From: an uncultured Candidatus Saccharibacteria bacterium
GTDB lineage: Bacteria > Patescibacteriota > 4484-211 > JAGQKX01
NCBI GenBank assembly: GCA_964392315.1
Contig: CAYMOT010000004.1
Span: 1,981-65,980 of the forward strand
Reading direction: 5' to 3'
DNA: 64,000 nucleotides
Shown here piece by piece: positions 45,065-52,220 of the stretch; positions within the stretch are counted from its first letter, which is position 1; every line of letters starts with the position of its first letter. Under the pieces are notes generated by a model. It was not told where the DNA came from, searched no databases, and saw only the letters and a program-made list of their open reading frames with translations. Both the position numbers and the translations under genes were made by a program.

Positions 45065-47882
45065 TTGCTGCTTCGATTACTTCTATTGCTTCGTTGTTGA
45101 GTCCATAGAGCTTATAAACTTCTTGGTCAATCTTATGCTCCAATTGAGCAACTTCCGCTTTAAGCGCATGCCACTTATCCGTATTTTCTGAAGTCTTATG
45201 TAATTCGGCGTTACGAGCCATAACTGTATCAACCAAAGCAGCGATTTTTTCTTGCTCTTTCTCGTCTATCTTCAACAACGGAACATTCAACAATGGGGTT
45301 TTATCAATCTGCAACTGCTCACCTTGTTTTTTACCCTTATGCTTAAGCCAGAAGTAAATCACTTTCGAGTTTAATATGCCCGTTAAATACTTGAGATTAA
45401 TTCCTTTTGGTTTCAGTACAAGAAGGGCGCGTGTGACATAGCAAGGAAAATCAACATAGGTAAAAGCTGGATACATGGTTTTACGCAACAGAAAAATTGC
45501 TTGTCCCGTAAAGAATCTTTCTTCTCTTGCTCGGTGAAGTCCATAAGGAGCAAAGGCAGATGTAAGAATTTTCTTAAATCGATCTATGTGCGATTTAAGA
45601 TTTGGAAATTCGTTTATGTGTTCTCTGAAGTATTTATCGGCGTAGATAATCCTATGTTCATTTTCGGGAATGCTTAAATATCTATTGATTTGTTTAGTAC
45701 CGTAGTAGGGCTTTAGGTATTCTTGCTCGGCCTCATTAAGTGTCATATTTGCAACTGCAGAATTGTCGAGGACAAGAACGCCGTCACCTTTCTTTATGGA
45801 ATCATCATTGAGCTTTGATAAATGCCTTTCAGAAACAAAATCTTGCAAAACATCAATCCCGTTTCCTATATCGCTCTTTGATAATTTGAAATTGCCCGCC
45901 TTCTTAATTTTGTCCAAAATTTCGGAGACTTTTTCGTTAGCAAAGTTAATAGGCTTCCCTTCATTATTTGATGATTTCAGAATTGCCTCATGGACAATGG
46001 AATTTTCAACTGGCTTCTTCAAACCTGAAGCCAAAAGATGAGCTACAGAATCACTGTCAGTGTCTTTATTCGTGATTTTCGCATATTGAACTTTGTATGA
46101 TTTGCGCGGCTTCTTTTTCTGAAATACAAAAATCATTGTCTGGATACTTGCGTCTTTGAATACGCGAAAATCACTGAAATCAACAAATTTGATAATCTCA
46201 CCATCGGTCAAAATTTTCTCTCGAAAAATGCTTGCTCCATGACTACCAATCCAGCTTGATGGAGCAATAAAACTGAAATAACCGCCATCTTTGAGCAAAT
46301 CAATCGCTCGGCACGCAAAAAGTGTCCAAATATCCATTTTGCCCTGGTAGTAAGGACTATCGCGCAAGCCGTCAAAAGCCGACTTGTTTGTATCTTCTTT
46401 GATATACGGCGGGTTACCGACAATGACATCAAAACCGTCTTGATCGAAAACTTCCTTGAATTCCGTCTCAAAGTTAAATGGTTTATGCTCCTGCCCATCT
46501 TCAGAGATGAGCGAATTACCCACGCGCAAGTTGTGCTGAAGTGTCGGTAATTTTGTCCGCTGTGAAAGAACTTTGAGCAAGAGGTTAAGCTGGGCAATCT
46601 CTACAGCTTGCGCGTCCAAGTCCACGCCGTATATGTTGTCTTTCAAAACATCAAACTTTGTGAATAGCGAGCGATTATCCACGTTTTCCAAAATTGTGTC
46701 GTAAGCGACGGTCAGGAATGAGCCGGAGCCGCAGGCCGGATCAAGAACTTTGATTTTGGAAATATCTTTGGGCTTCGTCTTTTTCAAAACTTCGCCCAGT
46801 GTTTCTTTGACGATAAACTCGACGATGTATTTGGGAGTGTAGTAAATGCCTTGCGATTTTCGTTTTGATTTTGTTTTGTCCTCGCCTTTGCGTACTTGGA
46901 CAAAGCTTAAATATTGCTCATATATGCCGCCCAAGACATCGGCGGAAATGGCGGAAAAGTCGTAGCGATAGCCGTCTTTGGTTTCGTACAGCCCTTTGAG
47001 AATGTCGGCGAAAACTTTATCGCTGGCTTTCCACTCCTCGCAGTAGTGAAGCGCGAACAGTTTAGAGTTGTAGTGCTCATCAAACCATCGAAAGCCGTCA
47101 ATGAGCCGTTTGTAGATATTGTGTTTTTGGCCTTTGGTTTTCCACTCGCGCAGAAGTGCCAGCAAAATGTTTTGCTCGATTTTTCTGTCCTCGGCGGTAC
47201 GGATGAAAATAAGGCGGTCAAGGATTCTCTGTACACCTTCGTCCAGCTCGTCGTCGGTGAGGTTGTTGTGCTTCTTGAAGTCGCGCGTTAAGGCGTTGCG
47301 CCATTCCATCAAGTCCTCAAAAAGTTTTTCGCCGACCTGTTTGCGTTTGGTGAGCTTGCCCCATTTTTCCGCCTCTTTATCCAAAAGACGTTGCTCAAAA
47401 CTTTCTTTAGAGAGAAGCCAAAGCTGATCAAAACGATCTACGAACTCGTGAACGTGGATTTCAATAAAGAGATTGCGCGTTACGTTTTTTGGCGGGATCT
47501 CAGCGTTGAAAATCTTAATGCCTTCAAAATCGGTAAGGACTGCCCATGTTGAACTTTTGTTCCAAGCATAATTTATTGCCTGCTCCGCCCATTTCCATTC
47601 GTCCAAATCAACTTTCATGGCTTTGGCTTCAAGGAAGAAAGCTGGAATATTGCCCAAGCGAAAAGCAAGATCAACGCGCCCGCCAGATATGTTTTCTTCG
47701 GTGGTAACTTCGCCCTGATGTTCAAGGTTACGCATGTCCCAACCCAAGAACTCAAACAGCGGTTCGATGAATTCGTTGCGGGTTTGAGCTTCGTTATAGG
47801 AATTTATTTTTCCCGATTGCGATACGCGTTGATACTTTTCAACGAGCTTTGCTATTTGTTCTTTGGCTTCTTGTTTGTTCAT
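45057..47882 (-). CDS. Type IIG/IIL single-chain restriction-modification enzyme (MmeI-like): N-terminal PD-(D/E)XK endonuclease, gamma-class N6-adenine methyltransferase, C-terminal target-recognition domain.
   Basis: N-terminal 'GGRVDLAFRLGNIPAFFLEAKAMK' (D...EAK nuclease motif) and 'WAVLTDFEGIKIFN'. MTase motif I 'VLDPACGSGSFL' and motif IV 'VIVGNPPYIKE'. 941 aa, with a long variable C-terminal region consistent with a TRD. Confidence 0.75.
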   Translation of the reverse strand: MNKQEAKEQIAKLVEKYQRVSQSGKINSYNEAQTRNEFIEPLFEFLGWDMRNLEHQGEVTTEENISGGRVDLAFRLGNIPAFFLEAKAMKVDLDEWKWAEQAINYAWNKSSTWAVLTDFEGIKIFNAEIPPKNVTRNLFIEIHVHEFVDRFDQLWLLSKESFEQRLLDKEAEKWGKLTKRKQVGEKLFEDLMEWRNALTRDFKKHNNLTDDELDEGVQRILDRLIFIRTAEDRKIEQNILLALLREWKTKGQKHNIYKRLIDGFRWFDEHYNSKLFALHYCEEWKASDKVFADILKGLYETKDGYRYDFSAISADVLGGIYEQYLSFVQVRKGEDKTKSKRKSQGIYYTPKYIVEFIVKETLGEVLKKTKPKDISKIKVLDPACGSGSFLTVAYDTILENVDNRSLFTKFDVLKDNIYGVDLDAQAVEIAQLNLLLKVLSQRTKLPTLQHNLRVGNSLISEDGQEHKPFNFETEFKEVFDQDGFDVIVGNPPYIKEDTNKSAFDGLRDSPYYQGKMDIWTLFACRAIDLLKDGGYFSFIAPSSWIGSHGASIFREKILTDGEIIKFVDFSDFRVFKDASIQTMIFVFQKKKPRKSYKVQYAKITNKDTDSDSVAHLLASGLKKPVENSIVHEAILKSSNNEGKPINFANEKVSEILDKIKKAGNFKLSKSDIGNGIDVLQDFVSERHLSKLNDDSIKKGDGVLVLDNSAVANMTLNEAEQEYLKPYYGTKQINRYLSIPENEHRIIYADKYFREHINEFPNLKSHIDRFKKILTSAFAPYGLHRAREERFFTGQAIFLLRKTMYPAFTYVDFPCYVTRALLVLKPKGINLKYLTGILNSKVIYFWLKHKGKKQGEQLQIDKTPLLNVPLLKIDEKEQEKIAALVDTVMARNAELHKTSENTDKWHALKAEVAQLEHKIDQEVYKLYGLNNEAIEVIEAANE

Positions 47883-47885
47883 AAG

Positions 47886-48092
47886 TTATTTCAATAATTC
47901 GTCGCTTGTTACCCCAAGCGCTTGGGCAATTTTTTCAATTGTGGCAAGAGTCGGATTACTTTTACCAGCTTCAACATTGCTAACATAGGAGCGGTCAAAA
48001 CCAGTTTTGCGGCAAATGTCGCCTTGCGTCATTTGCTTTTCCTCGCGTATCCGCTTCATATTCAGCCCTAATTTTTTGGAAGATGTTTTCAT
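47886..48092 (-). CDS. XRE-family helix-turn-helix regulator, controller (C-protein)-like, immediately upstream of the R-M gene.
   Basis: 'LGLNMKRIREEKQMTQGDICRKTGFDRSYVSNVEAGKSNPTLATIEKIAQALGVTSDELL' is a canonical XRE HTH. 68 aa from ATG 48092; a TTG at 48167 would give 93 aa. 3-bp gap to the R-M start. Confidence 0.6.
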   Translation of the reverse strand: MKTSSKKLGLNMKRIREEKQMTQGDICRKTGFDRSYVSNVEAGKSNPTLATIEKIAQALGVTSDELLK

Positions 48093-48165
48093 ATCAACAG
48101 GGTTATTATATGCTATGTTGTTATTTGTTACAATGTTATGATATATTACAATCATGTGGATATAC

Positions 48166-48363
48166 AAGCGGCGGCAGCAAAACCAAAAATTTCCTTCCTT
48201 TCAAATTTTCCGCCTTGCGGCGGGGGGTCTGGGGGGAGCCGCACTAAAAATGAATGGAAATTTTTGGGTTTTGCACCGCGCGAGCTTGTCGAGCGCGGGC
48301 GAGGTGCGAAAGGTCAGCCGTTTTCTTCAAAATGTGTTCGAGCGGAGTTGTATAATTCCACCA
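48166..48363 (+). repeat. IR-A: 198-bp repeat, partner of 43727-43924. Ends in GTATAATTCCACCA.
   Basis: See IR-A'. Contains CCGCCttgcGGCGG and a GGGGGGTCTGGGGGG tract. The 3' end carries a TATAAT box facing outward. Confidence 0.85.
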
Positions 48364-48472
48364 AAATGCGACTTTCCGAGATTTTCCCGATTTTTTCCTT
48401 TGCGCGAAGCGCAAAAGAGTGCGGAGGCAAGGGGTTTCCGCGCGCTTCGCGCGCGTCCAAACGGAGGTTCGA
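48358..48472 (+). repeat. IR-B: 115-bp repeat, partner of 49883-49997. Overlaps IR-A by the hexamer CCACCA (48358-48363).
   Basis: Reverse complement of 49883-49997 is identical to 48358-48472. Contains two perfect GC hairpins, TTTGCGCgaaGCGCAAA and CGCGCGCttcGCGCGCG. Confidence 0.85.
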
Positions 48473-48499
48473 CATCACTTGCGATTTTAAGTATTTGCT

Positions 48500-50203
48500 T
48501 TGCCCAATAATTTTATGAGCATGAACGATACAAAATTTTTCATATACGCCCGCAAGTCCACTGATGTGGAGGATAAGCAAGTGCGCTCTATTGAAGACCA
48601 GATCGCAGAATTGCGCGCCTTTGCCAAACAGGAAGATTTGAATATCGTTTATACTTTCATTGAAAAACAGAGTGCCAAAATCCCCGGACGGCCGATATTT
48701 GGCGAGATGTTGAAGCGTATAGAGAAAGGCGAGGCCGCCGGGATTTTGGCGTGGCACCCTGACAGATTGGCGCGCAATTCTGTGGACGGCGGGCGCATAA
48801 TCTACTTGCTTGATTGCGGGCGTATTACGGCGTTGAAGTTTCCTCAATTCTGGTTTGAATCAACGCCGCAAGGAAAGTTCATGCTCAATATTGCGTTTGG
48901 GCAAAGCAAATACTATGTGGATTCTCTTTCCGAAAACACGAAGCGTGGTTTGCGCCAAAAAGTTAAGAGGGGCGAATATCCGAGCGTTGCGCCTATCGGC
49001 TATCTCAACGATGTGCGAACAAAATCAATCGTGGTGGACAAAAAGAAAGCTCGGATTATTCGCCAAGCGTTTGAATTTTACGCACAAGGCGATAAAAGAC
49101 TGGAAGATGTGTGTAACTTTTTGGCGCAACGCGGGATACTATCCCGCGGCGGAAAGAGAATCCACAAAACGAGGGCGACTTTTATCCTTTCCAATCCGTT
49201 TTACACTGGCCTTTTCCGCTACGCTGGCGAGCTTCACGAGGGCAAGCACGAGCCAATCATCACAAAGAAACTTTTTGATACGGCGCAAGAAGTTTTGAAG
49301 CAGAGAGGCAAGCCGCAAAGAAAAGCTAAAAATGAACCGCAAGCGTTCTGCAGACTAATCTCTTGCGCCGAATGTGGCATGATGATAACTGCCGAAAAAC
49401 AGAAAGGGCATATTTACTATCGCTGTACCAAGAAGGGCAAAGCGAAGTGTCATCAGCCCTATACTCGCGAAGAAGAATTGGATCGGCAGTTATCAGCCAA
49501 AATGCAAAAAGTTTCTTTGCCTGCGGATTGGGCGGGAAAATTGTTGGAAATAGCAGAACGGGATAAAGAAAAGTCCGCCCAATCCGTCTCTGCTTTTGTT
49601 CAGGAAGCCCAAGAGAAAATCCACGCCATAAATATTAAACTCCAGCGTCTATTAGACGGCTACTTGGAGCAAGATATTGAGCGCGAAGTATATCGAGAGC
49701 AAAAAGCAAAATTATTAAGCGAAAAGAAGACGCTGGAGGAGAAAATGGCGCGGATTGAACAAAAGCAAAATGATTGGCTCGAACCATTCCAAAATTGGAT
49801 AAAAGTCGCTTCAAACCTCGTCAAAATCGCAAGTGATGATGATCTTTTTGAGAAAAAGGTCATAGCCAAAGAAATCTTTGGCTCGAACCTCCGTTTGGAC
49901 GCGCGCGAAGCGCGCGGAAACCCCTTGCCTCCGCACTCTTTTGCGCTTCGCGCAAAGGAAAAAATCGGGAAAATCTCGGAAAGTCGCATTTTGGTGGGGC
50001 GCCTGGGATTCGAACCCAGAACCACCAGCTTAAAAGGCTGTTACTCTACCATTGAGTTAGCGCCCCAAAATATCCTAACAGTTTCTTGCCTTTGGCAAGA
50101 TTACAAGACGTGCGTGCTACGAGCAATTTACTGTAAATACAGCCAAAAGTCAACTTTTGCGGGGATTGTTTTCCCCTACCTCCAAAGTCTCGCCGTTTCT
50201 TAG
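48500..50203 (+). CDS. Large serine recombinase (resolvase/invertase catalytic domain, recombinase domain, zinc ribbon, coiled coil). The C-terminal about 100 codons of the ORF are read-through into IR-B' and tRNA-Lys and are probably not native.
   Basis: 'KFFIYARKSTDVEDKQVRSIEDQIAEL' (catalytic Ser in the RKST context) and 'ILAWHPDRLARN'. Recombinase domain 'GLRQKVKRGEYPSVAPIGY', zinc ribbon 'CAECGMMI...YYRCTKKGKAKCHQ' and a long coiled coil. Probable ATG at 48515 or 48521; the track start 48500 is a TTG. From 49883 the frame is encoded by the inverted repeat. Confidence 0.7.
   Translation: MPNNFMSMNDTKFFIYARKSTDVEDKQVRSIEDQIAELRAFAKQEDLNIVYTFIEKQSAKIPGRPIFGEMLKRIEKGEAAGILAWHPDRLARNSVDGGRIIYLLDCGRITALKFPQFWFESTPQGKFMLNIAFGQSKYYVDSLSENTKRGLRQKVKRGEYPSVAPIGYLNDVRTKSIVVDKKKARIIRQAFEFYAQGDKRLEDVCNFLAQRGILSRGGKRIHKTRATFILSNPFYTGLFRYAGELHEGKHEPIITKKLFDTAQEVLKQRGKPQRKAKNEPQAFCRLISCAECGMMITAEKQKGHIYYRCTKKGKAKCHQPYTREEELDRQLSAKMQKVSLPADWAGKLLEIAERDKEKSAQSVSAFVQEAQEKIHAINIKLQRLLDGYLEQDIEREVYREQKAKLLSEKKTLEEKMARIEQKQNDWLEPFQNWIKVASNLVKIASDDDLFEKKVIAKEIFGSNLRLDAREARGNPLPPHSFALRAKEKIGKISESRILVGRLGFEPRTTSLKGCYSTIELAPQNILTVSCLWQDYKTCVLRAIYCKYSQKSTFAGIVFPYLQSLAVS
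49883..49997 (-). repeat. IR-B' : 115-bp inverted copy of 48358-48472. Its last 6 nt are the CCACCA 3' terminus of tRNA-Lys.
   Basis: Identity checked base by base. It begins exactly where the recombinase coiled coil would otherwise continue (codons GSNLRLD...). Confidence 0.85.
49992..50066 (-). tRNA. tRNA-Lys (anticodon TTT), CCA encoded.
   Basis: Reverse complement reads GGGGCGC-TA-ACTC-AATGGTA-GAGT-A-ACAGC-CTTTTAA-GCTGG-TGGTT-CTGGG-TTCGAAT-CCCAG-GCGCCCC-A-CCA. Anticodon loop CT-TTT-AA. Confidence 0.8.
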
Positions 50204-50449
50204 CTTTGCTAATGCCCACATAAATATTTTCCCTTTTGAGCCTGCTTTCGGATAATCAAGCGTAAACTGTTTGGCTCTATCCAAAATACGACGGTCTTCC
50301 TCTTTTGCCAACTTAATGTACAAAGCTTTATGCCGTAAATCGTCTAGCTCTACTGCGAGCCGATATCCATAATCTTGGAACTCTTGTGAGATATAGTGAG
50401 CAGAGTCATCAAGAAGCTTTTGCTGGAGAATAGATTTAATGGAATCCAT
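50150..50449 (-). CDS. Hypothetical 99-aa soluble protein.
   Basis: ORF with plausible helical composition, 4 bp downstream of the DUF1294 gene (operon-like). No recognisable motif. Confidence 0.3.
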   Translation of the reverse strand: MDSIKSILQQKLLDDSAHYISQEFQDYGYRLAVELDDLRHKALYIKLAKEEDRRILDRAKQFTLDYPKAGSKGKIFMWALAKLRNGETLEVGENNPRKS

Positions 50450-50452
50450 AGC

Positions 50453-50836
50453 CTAAAACAATTTTAAAATAAGAACCAATATTATAATTTGGATAATAAG
50501 TATTCCACCCATAATCGTTTGGAATGAGGTTTTTTTTGTTTTATGTCGCAGTATTTGCATACCCACAATACCTCCAATACTGCCTCCCAACAAACAAAAC
50601 ACATACAGCACACGCTCAGGTATTCGTTCTTTTTGCGATGCGGCGAGAAGTTTATCGAAGCCAAATAAAAAGAATGTTGCACCATTTGTGCTCACTAAAA
50701 ACGGTACAAGGTAATGAGGTGAATCCTTTAGTAATACATTTACAATGACAAAAAAAAGAGTTGCGATACATAAACCGACAACCACATAGGGGATCTCAAA
50801 TTTAGAACTGGTATATCTTTTACGTCCTGTATACAT
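50453..50836 (-). CDS. DUF1294 family membrane protein.
   Basis: 'RIPERVLYVFCLLGGSIGGIVGMQILRHKTKK' matches the DUF1294 core. Three TM helices. Confidence 0.55.
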   Translation of the reverse strand: MYTGRKRYTSSKFEIPYVVVGLCIATLFFVIVNVLLKDSPHYLVPFLVSTNGATFFLFGFDKLLAASQKERIPERVLYVFCLLGGSIGGIVGMQILRHKTKKTSFQTIMGGILIIQIIILVLILKLF

Positions 50837-50886
50837 TTTAAAAATGGTATACTCTTACTATATAGTATAAAAGGAGGTGAATGTAG

Positions 50887-51576
50887 ATGCCATTCTCTTT
50901 TACGAATGATTTAGCAAACGCCTTAACGGACAGTATAGAATCCTTTCTGCAATTTCTGCCCAACCTTGTTGCAGCATTTTTGGTTTTAGTTATTGGTTGG
51001 ATTGTTGCCGGTTTTCTCAAGGGATTCACTATTCGATTATTGACTGTTGTTCAGCTTGAGCCGTTTGCTGAAAAGGTTGGTCTTGCAGATACCCTCAAGC
51101 GTTTTGGCGCGCAAGTAACCGCTCCTGAACTCATCGCTGAGATTGTAAAATGGGCAGTATTCTTGGTATTTGTTAATCCTGCAGCCCAAATTCTCGGTCT
51201 CGATCAACTCAACCTTATAATTAACGAGATCTTAGGTTATATACCAAATGTCATTGTTGCTGCGTTAATACTCATGTTTGGTGTAATCTTTTCAGATCTT
51301 ACGAGTAGTTTTGTGCGTGGTACCGCTGATGCAATGGGGACAAGAGCTGCAGCAAGCCTAGCAGTAATTTCTAAATATTCAGTGATCATTTTTGCGTTCT
51401 TGGCCGCATTGAGCCAACTGGGTATTGCACAAGGATTAATTACTACACTCTTTACAGGTTTTGTTGCAATGCTTGCACTTGCGGGAGGTCTTGCGTTTGG
51501 TCTTGGAGGAAAGGATCACGCAGCTGAGCTTATTGGCGAATTAAGAAAGTCAATGCAAGATACAAACGTGAAGTAG
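50887..51576 (+). CDS. Membrane protein with conserved TM-helix repeats (MscS-N-terminal-like 'TM_helix' family).
   Basis: Four hydrophobic helices with repeated 'IL...G...I..I..A..IL.FG' pattern. 229 aa. Confidence 0.35.
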   Translation: MPFSFTNDLANALTDSIESFLQFLPNLVAAFLVLVIGWIVAGFLKGFTIRLLTVVQLEPFAEKVGLADTLKRFGAQVTAPELIAEIVKWAVFLVFVNPAAQILGLDQLNLIINEILGYIPNVIVAALILMFGVIFSDLTSSFVRGTADAMGTRAAASLAVISKYSVIIFAFLAALSQLGIAQGLITTLFTGFVAMLALAGGLAFGLGGKDHAAELIGELRKSMQDTNVK

Positions 51577-51636
51577 TGTGCTGGTTTTATCCACACAAAC
51601 GACTGGTAGTAAAAACATTATCAGTCGTTTTGTGTA

Positions 51637-52191
51637 CTAGACAAGTTTGATATCTGAGAGGAGCACGCTTTCGGTAATCAGTCCTTTTGGTGAAAAAATT
51701 GTTTCTAGTTCTTGTGCGATTCGATCCTCAATTTCTTTTCTATTAGTCGCAAGGACTTCTTGGTATGTGTAATCAGCAATGACTTGCCGAATTCTGCTTC
51801 TACTGACCGGTCTGACAAGTTTGCTTACGAATTTATCGCCCACATTCTCCCATAATTGGGGCAGCATATCTTTATTAATGCGAAAGAGGATGGTTCCTTC
51901 GAAACCGATCAGTTTGTTGTCTCTGGTTACACAATTGATTGGTGCATCTCCGAAGGCTTCTTCATTGGTAAGGTCGAGTCCTTTTCGGACGTCATATTCA
52001 AGGGTCTGAGCGTTAAATAGCTTCGCTATCTGCCAAAATGGAATTTTTAGATGGAGCCCAGGTTCATATATTTTATCCAGTACTCCTCTCCCACGGTCAT
52101 ACAGTACTGCGACATGTCCTGGAGGTACGGATATAAAAAAACCACCTACTACCTCATCTACTAGAATTGATACTACAAGGCGGTCAAACAT
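51637..52191 (-). CDS. SPFH/band-7 domain protein (stomatin/prohibitin-like), lacking an N-terminal TM segment.
   Basis: 'VPPGHVAVLYDRGRGVLDKIYEPGLHLKIPFWQ' and downstream band-7 alpha/beta core. Confidence 0.5.
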   Translation of the reverse strand: MFDRLVVSILVDEVVGGFFISVPPGHVAVLYDRGRGVLDKIYEPGLHLKIPFWQIAKLFNAQTLEYDVRKGLDLTNEEAFGDAPINCVTRDNKLIGFEGTILFRINKDMLPQLWENVGDKFVSKLVRPVSRSRIRQVIADYTYQEVLATNRKEIEDRIAQELETIFSPKGLITESVLLSDIKLV

Positions 52192-52220
52192 AGTAAAAAG
52201 TTGTTATAATTCTATAACGT

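Larger units (their letters stand above)
43727..49997. mobile_element. Putative composite mobile/invertible island at the 3' end of tRNA-Lys: [IR-A' | GC block, membrane protein, Type IIG R-M, C-protein | IR-A/IR-B | serine recombinase | IR-B'].
   Basis: Two perfect long inverted-repeat pairs, foreign GC content, a recombinase and an R-M system, and a tRNA 3' end at the boundary. CCACCA is shared at all three junctions. Confidence 0.5.

Noticed and set aside
48092-48167. 93-aa version of the C-protein-like regulator (TTG at 48167).
   Set aside because: The N-terminal 25 residues (YIHMIVIYHNIVTNNNIAYNN) are low-complexity, and the TTG overlaps the first base of IR-A. The ATG at 48092 gives a typical 68-aa XRE protein.
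48138-48518. Plus-strand ORFs 48138..48518 and 48154..48510 (about 120 aa each), minus-strand ORF 48314..48847, and ORF 43683..44060 with 'RRQQNQKFPSFQIFRLAAGG...' translations.
   Set aside because: They are stop-free frames across the GC-rich inverted repeats. The identical peptide appears wherever the repeat occurs, in either orientation. Multiple frames are open simultaneously, which is typical of GC-rich DNA. They overlap the recombinase start region antisense. I treat them as non-coding.
49992-49997. CCACCA core identity with tRNA-Lys as proof of tRNA-targeted integration.
   Set aside because: The same hexamer ends tRNA-Glu (54031-54036) and would end any tRNA with acceptor ...CC, discriminator A and an encoded CCA. 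It is supportive but weak evidence on its own. The argument rests on the arm-exchange pattern, not the hexamer.
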